The notes beneath the pieces were generated by a model that did no database searches, had not been told where the DNA came from, and worked only from the letters and a program-made list of their open reading frames with translations. Of a DNA stretch of 64,000 nucleotides, positions 57,881-64,000 are shown one piece after another. The position numbers and the translations under genes are program-made. Source of the DNA: Alphaproteobacteria bacterium. GTDB taxonomy: Bacteria > Pseudomonadota > Alphaproteobacteria > Bin95. The number at the start of each line of letters is the position of its first letter. Position 1 is the stretch's first letter. Where the stretch lies: NCBI GenBank assembly GCA_965205265.1, contig CBDBGH010000003.1, positions 1,056,001 to 1,120,000 on the forward strand. Reading direction: 5' to 3'.

Positions 57881-58879
57881 TCAGGCGGGGAATTGCGCGT
57901 TGGCGCCCGCGCCGACATCGAACACGTCCCCGGAGATCAGGGCCGCTTGCGGGCCGCAGAGGAAGCGCACGCAGTCGCCGATGCGCGACGGCTCGTAGAG
58001 GCCGACCGGCAGGATATGGCGCCCCTTCGCCCCCTCGTTGAACTGCTCGAAGGTGAGCTTCCGGCCGGGCACGATGTTGGAAAGGATGTATTCGTTGTCG
58101 AGCAGTCCGGTGCGGACCAGCGTCGGGCAGACCGCGTTGCAGGTCACGTTGTGCGGTCCGAGGGCCAGCGCGGTGCTCTTCGCGATCCCGATCGCGGCCC
58201 ATTTGGTCGCCGAATAGACCGGGAAGTTCGCGCTGCCGGCGCGGCCGGTCACCGAGGACATCACGACGATCCGGCCGGATTTCCGGTCTCGAAGGATCGG
58301 GGTCGCGGCCTGTATCGTCTTCATGACCCCCTTGAAGTTGATGTCGGTCACCAGAGACAGCGCGTCTTCATCGAAGCTTTCCAGCGGGCCGACCTGGGTG
58401 ATGCCGGCATTGGCCACCACCAGATCGAGACCGCCCAGCTCCCGCACGGCGCGGTCCACTGCGGCCTTTTGCGCCCCGAAATCGCGCACGTCGCCCTGCA
58501 CGGCGATGCATTTCACGCCTTTCGATTCGACGGCCGCCTTCGCTTCGGCCAGATCGGCGGCGGTCGCCAGAGGATAGGGGACTTCGGGCAGTTGCCGCGC
58601 AATGTCGAACAGCAGGACATTCGCGCCGCCGTCCGCCAGGGCTTCCGCGCAGGCCCGGCCGATGCCGCGGGCGGCGCCGGTCACGAAGGCCGTCTTGCCG
58701 GCCAGCTCTCCCGTGGCGGCGGACTCCCGGGCCTCGGCGCTGTCGGCAACGGCGGCGGCGACGCCGGCGACGCCGAGACCGACGGCGCCGGCGAGCGCGG
58801 TCCTGCGCGTGATCGCCGGCCGGTCGGTCGCGGTATCCGTCCGGGGTTCGGGGGCGGGGGATGTGGATGCGTTCGACAT
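57881..58879 (-). CDS. SDR of the mycofactocin-coupled / carveol dehydrogenase type with a twin-arginine leader
   Basis: TRRTALAG plus hydrophobic region and AEA; TGAARGIG; DIARQLPEVPYPLATAADL insert; YSATK. Confidence 0.85.
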   Translation of the reverse strand: MSNASTSPAPEPRTDTATDRPAITRRTALAGAVGLGVAGVAAAVADSAEARESAATGELAGKTAFVTGAARGIGRACAEALADGGANVLLFDIARQLPEVPYPLATAADLAEAKAAVESKGVKCIAVQGDVRDFGAQKAAVDRAVRELGGLDLVVANAGITQVGPLESFDEDALSLVTDINFKGVMKTIQAATPILRDRKSGRIVVMSSVTGRAGSANFPVYSATKWAAIGIAKSTALALGPHNVTCNAVCPTLVRTGLLDNEYILSNIVPGRKLTFEQFNEGAKGRHILPVGLYEPSRIGDCVRFLCGPQAALISGDVFDVGAGANAQFPA

Positions 58880-58945
58880 GGGGATGGTTCCTCGGTTTCG
58901 TGGGTGGGCCGGCTTGCCGGATTTGCGGATTCGCGCGGCCCGCGC

Positions 58946-58998
58946 GTAAACAAATGATTATTTAGTGTCTTCCCATGATTATGTCAACAAATGATTAC
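58946..58998. promoter_or_regulatory. Two TetR operator-like sites overlapping the SDR promoter
   Basis: GTAAACAAATGATTAT (58946-58961) and GTCAACAAATGATTAC (58983-58998), imperfect GTAAAC-N4-GTTTAC palindromes; minus strand TTGACA at 58987-58982. Confidence 0.65.
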
Positions 58999-59014
58999 TA
59001 ACGGGAGCAAAGCT

Positions 59015-59614
59015 GTGAAGGAAACCAACGCGCCGCGCCGGCGCGACGCCGCCGCCACCGCCGAACGCATCCGGCGCGCGGCGCAAGAGGCTTTTCACGA
59101 CAAGGGCTACGAGGGGGCGACGATACGGGAGATCGCCGATCGCGCCGGGGTCAACCTGGCGCTGATAAAGCGGTATTACGGCTCCAAGCTCGGCCTGTTC
59201 GAAAAGGCCGTGCTACCGTTCTTGACCCTGGAGGCTTTCCTCGACAAGCCGGCCGACGATCTCGGCGAGAGGCTGGCCGACCACTATGTCCGCACCGAAC
59301 CGATGGAGCGGTTCGACCCGATTCTCGTATTGCTGAAATCGGTCTCCAGCCCCGATGCCGGGCCGCTCCTGGTCGAGGCGGTGGAGCGGCAGGCGGTCAT
59401 GCCGCTTGCCGAAGCTCTCGGAGGCGAGGACGCCGAAGCGCGCGCAATCCTGATTGCGACCCAGATTGCCGGGCTGATCCTGTGGTTCCGGGCGATGAGG
59501 CAATCGCCCCGAAGCGAGGCGGAAAGGCAGGCGATCCGCGTCCGGCTCTCGGCCTATTTCAGGGAATTGACGCAAGGCGGTTCTATCCCTGCTGACGGCA
59601 AGACGGCCGGATAG
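59015..59614 (+). CDS. TetR family transcriptional regulator
   Basis: GYEGATIREIADRAGVNLALIKRYYGSKLGLF HTH; GTG start with GGGAG RBS. Confidence 0.92.
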   Translation: MKETNAPRRRDAAATAERIRRAAQEAFHDKGYEGATIREIADRAGVNLALIKRYYGSKLGLFEKAVLPFLTLEAFLDKPADDLGERLADHYVRTEPMERFDPILVLLKSVSSPDAGPLLVEAVERQAVMPLAEALGGEDAEARAILIATQIAGLILWFRAMRQSPRSEAERQAIRVRLSAYFRELTQGGSIPADGKTAG

Positions 59615-59661
59615 ACGGGACCGGGGCTCGGCCCTGCCGCGCCTGCCGGCCCGCAACCGGC

Positions 59662-60756
59662 TCAGGCGACGGTGTAGTCCCTGAGGACTTCCGGGCTCGG
59701 GTCGGAGCCGAGTCCGGGGCCGTCCGGCACGGCGATGCGTCCGTCCTCGACCTTGCAGAGATCGCCGAAAATCTCGGCTTCGTGCACGCCGAAGAAGCGC
59801 TCGACCGGCTCTTCGTTATCCGCAACGGCGAGCAGGTGCAGGGTTGCGAGGAAGCCCGGCCCGAAATAGGGCGAGTGCGGCACATAGCGGACATTGTGCA
59901 GGTTGCAGAGCGCTTCCACCTTGCGCATCTCCGTTACGCCGCCGACCTTCGTCACGCTCGGCTGGGCCACGTCCACCGCGTCGGCCTGGAGCATGGCCTG
60001 GAATTGCCATGCGGTGCAGAGGTTCTCGCCGGCCGCAATGCCCATGTCGAACAGGCCCCGCAATTCGGCGAGGCCGGCGAAATTCTCCGGCGGCCACATC
60101 GGCTCTTCCAGCCAATGCACGTCGTGCGGCTCGAAGCTCTCCGCTTTCGCCAGAGCCTCCGCCAGGGTCCACGGGCAGTTGGTGTCCACCATCAGCTTCG
60201 CCTCGGCCGGGATGGCGGCGCGGGCGGCGGCGACGGCCGGCTCCATGCGCTCATGCAGCTTGACCCAGCCATAGCCCTGCGCGGCGGCGTCGGCCGAGCG
60301 CTCGCCCACGAGGTCCGGTTCGAAATAGCGCAGCAGGCTCGCATAGGCTTCCAGCGACATGCGCTGCGCGCCGCCGAGCAGGCGGTGGAGCGGCATGCCG
60401 GCGGCCTTGCCGGCAATGTCCCAGAGCGCGATGTCGAGGCCGGAAAGCGCATAGACGGTTTGCCCATAGCGCCCGAAAATGTGCAGGGTCTTCTGCAGTT
60501 CGGCATGGAGCGCGGCGATGTCGCCGGCGTCCCGGCCGATGACGAGCGGGGCGATCATGGTCTCCAGCGCCGCCCGCGTGGAGGGGATGGCGTTGAACCC
60601 GAAGGCTTCTCCCCAGCCTACATGGCCTTCCTCCGTCTCGACGCGCACAAGCAGCGTGTCGAGATTGCGCCATTCCGTGCCGCCGAAGCCCGTCGGCGGG
60701 CCGCCATGGTCGAAGGGGATCGAAAGCGTGACGGTTTCGACAGTCGCGATCTTCAA
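59662..60756 (-). CDS. Mandelate racemase / muconate lactonizing enzyme family protein
   Basis: GWGEAF, SGLDIALWDIAGK, MVDTN, WLEEP, AGEN; TTG start overlapping the COG0523 stop. Confidence 0.9.
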   Translation of the reverse strand: MKIATVETVTLSIPFDHGGPPTGFGGTEWRNLDTLLVRVETEEGHVGWGEAFGFNAIPSTRAALETMIAPLVIGRDAGDIAALHAELQKTLHIFGRYGQTVYALSGLDIALWDIAGKAAGMPLHRLLGGAQRMSLEAYASLLRYFEPDLVGERSADAAAQGYGWVKLHERMEPAVAAARAAIPAEAKLMVDTNCPWTLAEALAKAESFEPHDVHWLEEPMWPPENFAGLAELRGLFDMGIAAGENLCTAWQFQAMLQADAVDVAQPSVTKVGGVTEMRKVEALCNLHNVRYVPHSPYFGPGFLATLHLLAVADNEEPVERFFGVHEAEIFGDLCKVEDGRIAVPDGPGLGSDPSPEVLRDYTVA

Positions 60757-61808
60757 GGATTGGCCCCCCTCTCGGCCTCGATCCAGGCATCCAGCATTTT
60801 CTCGATGCCCGCTTGCGACAGCCCGTCGCCGATGAAGACGAGCCGGCTGGTGCGGTCGTCGGAAGGCCAGGCCTCCAGAATCGCCGGCGGGTGGAACATG
60901 TGCTGCACGCCATGCACCGCGACCGGCGTCTCCAGCCCCGTGACATTCAGGATGCCCTTGAGGCGCAGCAGCGACTCGCCGTGGGAGGTAATCAGCGCCT
61001 CCAGGAAGCCGACCCATGTGTTCCAGGTGCATTCATCCTCCCGGCGCAGGCAGAAGGAGGTGAACCGCTCGTCATGGCGATGGCCGTGGTGGTGGTGGTG
61101 GTCGTGGTCGTGGTGATCGTGGGCCTCGAATGCCTGCTCCCTCAGCCAGTTGCGGACATCGGCGGACTTGGTCTCCGGGTCGTAGAGCCCCGCGCCGAAC
61201 AAGCGGCCGGGGTCGATTTCGCCGTGGACCGCGCGGTAACGCGGCGCGCTCGGATTGATGCCCGAAAGGCGCCCTTCCAGCGCGTCCAGGTCCTTGTCCC
61301 CGGCGAGGTCGGTCTTGGTGAGCAGCAGCCGGTCGGCCATGGCCGCCTGCTTCAGCGATTCCTCGTGCCGGTCGAGCTGCCCGCCGCCATGCACGCCGTC
61401 CACCGTCGTCACCACGCTGTCGAGGCGGAAGCAGGTCGCGACCAGCGGGTCGGCCATCAGCGTGTGCAGCACCGGCGCGGGGTCGGCGAGCCCCGTGGTC
61501 TCGATCACCACGCGGTCGAAGGCCGGGATTTCCTCGCGCGCGCGCCGGGCGAACAGGTCGCGCAGGGTCTCGGCGAGCTCGCCCCGGATCGTGCAGCACA
61601 CGCAGCCCGAATCCATCACCATGATGTTCTCGTCGTTCGAGGCCGCGACCAGCTCGTGGTCGAGCCCGACTTCGCCGAACTCGTTGATGACGACGGCGGT
61701 CTTCTCCATTCCCGGCTGGCGGATCAGGCGCGAAAGCAGGGTGGTCTTGCCGCTGCCGAGAAAGCCGGTGATGACGCTGACCGGAAGCGGCTCGTTCCCG
61801 CCGTTCAC
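60753..61808 (-). CDS. COG0523/CobW family GTPase metallochaperone
   Basis: GFLGSGKTT, NEFGE, GCVCC, IETTGLADP, His-rich tract, LRLKG. Confidence 0.93.
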   Translation of the reverse strand: MNGGNEPLPVSVITGFLGSGKTTLLSRLIRQPGMEKTAVVINEFGEVGLDHELVAASNDENIMVMDSGCVCCTIRGELAETLRDLFARRAREEIPAFDRVVIETTGLADPAPVLHTLMADPLVATCFRLDSVVTTVDGVHGGGQLDRHEESLKQAAMADRLLLTKTDLAGDKDLDALEGRLSGINPSAPRYRAVHGEIDPGRLFGAGLYDPETKSADVRNWLREQAFEAHDHHDHDHHHHHGHRHDERFTSFCLRREDECTWNTWVGFLEALITSHGESLLRLKGILNVTGLETPVAVHGVQHMFHPPAILEAWPSDDRTSRLVFIGDGLSQAGIEKMLDAWIEAERGANP

Positions 61809-62047
61809 CGAAAGGCCTTGAAGGTAATCAGCGTGAAGGTGTCGGTGACGCCGGGCAGGGTCTGGAGGCGCTCGGTGACGAAATGGCCGGGGTCCGCGCC
61901 GTCCTCGAGGTAGCATTTGACCAGAAGGTCGTACTGCCCCGAGGTGGAATAGATCTCGGACGCCTGCTCCACGTCCTGGGCCAGCCGGTCGGCGACTTCA
62001 TAGGCCTTGCCGAGAGAACATTTCACCATGACGAAGATCGGTCTCAT
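61805..62047 (-). CDS. Stand-alone Lrp/AsnC ligand-binding (RAM) domain protein
   Basis: IFVMVKC, EIYSTSGQYDLLVK, PGVTDTFTLITF. Confidence 0.88.
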   Translation of the reverse strand: MRPIFVMVKCSLGKAYEVADRLAQDVEQASEIYSTSGQYDLLVKCYLEDGADPGHFVTERLQTLPGVTDTFTLITFKAFR

Positions 62048-62074
62048 CCTGGCCTCCCGGCCTTTGCCGGCGCG

Positions 62075-63436
62075 TTACGCCGATGTCGCTTCCCTGCCGG
62101 GGCGCAGCAGGAATGCGGGGATATGTTCGCCGAAGGCCGTATCCGGACGCGGCGCCTCGTCCGGCGGAGAAACGGCCGTCCGGCGCCGGCGCTCCGTTGC
62201 GGCAGGCGGGGCGGACCGGCGGCGCGGCCTCTCCTCCGGCGCCGGCGCAGCATCCGCAGGAGTCGCCTTGCCGTTGCGGCGGCGGCGCTTCGGTCTGTCG
62301 CCCCAATCGGCAGTCTCGACGGTCTCGAGCTCGCGCCTCGGCACGCCGCGCCCGATCAGCGTCTCGATCTTCTGCGTGTGAAGCGCGTCGTCGGGCTCAG
62401 CGATGGTGATGGCCGTGCCCGCCCGCCCGGCCCGTCCGGTGCGGCCGATGCGGTGCACATAGTCCTCGGCATGGATCGGCACGTCGAAATTCAGGACGTG
62501 GCTGACGCGCGGAATGTCGAGGCCGCGCGCGGCGACATCGGAGGCGACCAGCAGACGAAGCTCGCCCGAGCGGAAGCGCTCCAGCGTCTCCGTGCGCCGG
62601 AATTGCGGCATGTCGCCATGCAGCGCCGAGGCCTCGAAGCCGTGCTTCGTCAGCGACTTGACGAGGATATCGACGTCGCGCTTGCGGTTGCAGAAGATCA
62701 GCCCGTTCTCGATGTCCTCGGCGCGCAGGATTTCGCGGAGCGCCGCGCGCTTGTCGTCGCCGGCGACGAGCGCCAGCTGCTGGTCCACGGTCTCCGCCGG
62801 AGAGGCGGGCGGATCGACGGCGATTTCCTTCGGCTCGGTCAGGAACCCGTCCGCCAGCTTGCGGATCTCCGGCGGCATGGTGGCGGAGAAGAACAGCGTC
62901 TGGCGCTTGCGCGGCAACAGGCCCACGATCCGCTCGATATCGGGGATGAAGCCCATGTCCAGCATGCGGTCGGCTTCGTCGATCACGAGCACCTTGACAT
63001 CGCTGAGCAGCACCCGGCCCCGCTCGAAGAGGTCGATCAGCCGGCCGGGCGTGGCGATCAGCACATCGACTCCGCGTCCGAGCGCCTTTTCCTGATCGAC
63101 GAAGCTCTCTCCGCCGATCAGCAGCGCGGTCGTCAGCCGGTGGTATTTGCCGTAGCGCTCGAAGCTCTCGCTCACCTGCGCCGCGAGTTCCCGCGTTGGC
63201 TCCAGAATGAGCGAGCGCGGCATCCGCGCCCGCGCCCGCCCGGACGCGAGCATGTCGATCATCGGCAGGGTGAAACCGGCGGTCTTGCCGGTGCCCGTCT
63301 GTGCGCAACCCAGCACGTCGCGCCCTGTGAGCACGACGGGGATCGCCTGTTCCTGTATCGGCGTCGGCTCGGTGTAACCGGAGTCCTCGACCGCTTTGAG
63401 CGTATCGGCGCTCAACCCAAGATTCTGGAAAGCCAT
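62075..63436 (-). CDS. DEAD-box RNA helicase (RhlE-like)
   Basis: PTPIQ, AQTGTGKT, PTRELA, DEAD, SAT, ARGLD, HRIGRTGR. Confidence 0.96.
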   Translation of the reverse strand: MAFQNLGLSADTLKAVEDSGYTEPTPIQEQAIPVVLTGRDVLGCAQTGTGKTAGFTLPMIDMLASGRARARMPRSLILEPTRELAAQVSESFERYGKYHRLTTALLIGGESFVDQEKALGRGVDVLIATPGRLIDLFERGRVLLSDVKVLVIDEADRMLDMGFIPDIERIVGLLPRKRQTLFFSATMPPEIRKLADGFLTEPKEIAVDPPASPAETVDQQLALVAGDDKRAALREILRAEDIENGLIFCNRKRDVDILVKSLTKHGFEASALHGDMPQFRRTETLERFRSGELRLLVASDVAARGLDIPRVSHVLNFDVPIHAEDYVHRIGRTGRAGRAGTAITIAEPDDALHTQKIETLIGRGVPRRELETVETADWGDRPKRRRRNGKATPADAAPAPEERPRRRSAPPAATERRRRTAVSPPDEAPRPDTAFGEHIPAFLLRPGREATSA

Positions 63437-63632
63437 GCGTTCTGTCGAATTGTCTCTCATCAAATAGATGTTGCTTCTGTCTCTTATGTTGAGTCGGCGG
63501 AATGTCAAGGACTCGCGCCGATTTCCTCCTCTTCGGGTGCGGCTTTCCGGCAAGGCCGAATGTCGCAGAGGCGCTCCGACCCGCCCGGAGAGCGCCATGT
63601 TTCGTCAGGTTCCGCCCGCAGGAGCTTCGGCT

Positions 63633-64000
63633 CTATACGAGGCGGTTGGGCGGGTCGCGGCCCTCGAACAGGGCTTCCAGGCCGGCGATTGCGCGCTCGG
63701 CCATGGCGAGCCTGGTTTCCATCGTCGAGCTGCCGATATGGGGCTGCACATAGATGCGGTCCGCCCTGAGATAGCCGGGATGGATATCCGGCTCGCCGTC
63801 GAAGACGTCGAGGCCGGCGCCGGCCAAACGGCCGCTCTCCACCGCCGCAATGAGCGCCTCGTCATCGACAAGGCTGCCGCGCGCGATATTGACCGCGAGC
63901 GCGCCTTCCGGCAGCCGGGCGATGCGCTCCGCATTCAGCCAGTGCCGGGTCTCGGGAGAGGCGGGGGCGGCAATGACCAGAATGTCGGTGCGGGCCAGGA
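63633..64000 (-). CDS. D-2-hydroxyacid dehydrogenase (glyoxylate reductase-like), 5' end outside the window
   Basis: Frame open to the window edge: ...VNIARGSLVDD...AGLDVFDGEP...PHIGS. Confidence 0.9.
   Translation of the reverse strand, partial: LARTDILVIAAPASPETRHWLNAERIARLPEGALAVNIARGSLVDDEALIAAVESGRLAGAGLDVFDGEPDIHPGYLRADRIYVQPHIGSSTMETRLAMAERAIAGLEALFEGRDPPNRLV

Noticed and set aside
57839-58945. GCGGCCCGCGC repeated on both sides of the Tat-SDR gene as a possible target duplication
   Set aside because: An 11-bp all-GC match is likely by chance here and no terminal inverted repeats are present.
61073-61122. (GTG)n-like microsatellite
   Set aside because: It encodes the normal His-rich tract of the COG0523 protein.

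Overview
High-GC alphaproteobacterial chromosomal region (Rhodospirillales-like by gene content and order: gatCAB, ygfZ-pyrC, cysS, pyrF, tlpA-argH-lipoprotein-lysA-TIGR02302, asmA/DUF4169, rhlE-Lrp). It holds about 60 tightly packed genes. Catabolic enzymes are abundant: PimCD-like acyl-CoA dehydrogenases, three class III CoA-transferases, soxBDAG, a BisC-like Mo enzyme, three tandem Fe(II)/2OG dioxygenases, an Ltp2/DUF35 pair, TgnB/TgnD-like enzymes and four SDRs. Three type II TA modules are also present. This profile resembles marine or sponge-associated symbionts (inference only). No rRNA, tRNA or CRISPR array was seen. The three most notable items are: (1) a translationally coupled ABC/AAA_21 ATPase plus a 160-aa PD-(D/E)xK-like orphan (3317-4959), a candidate uncharacterised defence system; (2) a nested non-coding element at 24080-24789, where an IS4-like MITE sits inside an ISAs1-like MITE, both share the same internal body and REP doublet, and each has its own 9-bp target duplication; (3) an IS4/IS50-type element at the window start inserted at the equivalent position of a related REP hairpin. 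All family calls come from recognised motifs and recalled similarity; no database searches were run. Start codons were trimmed by eye from the ORF track.
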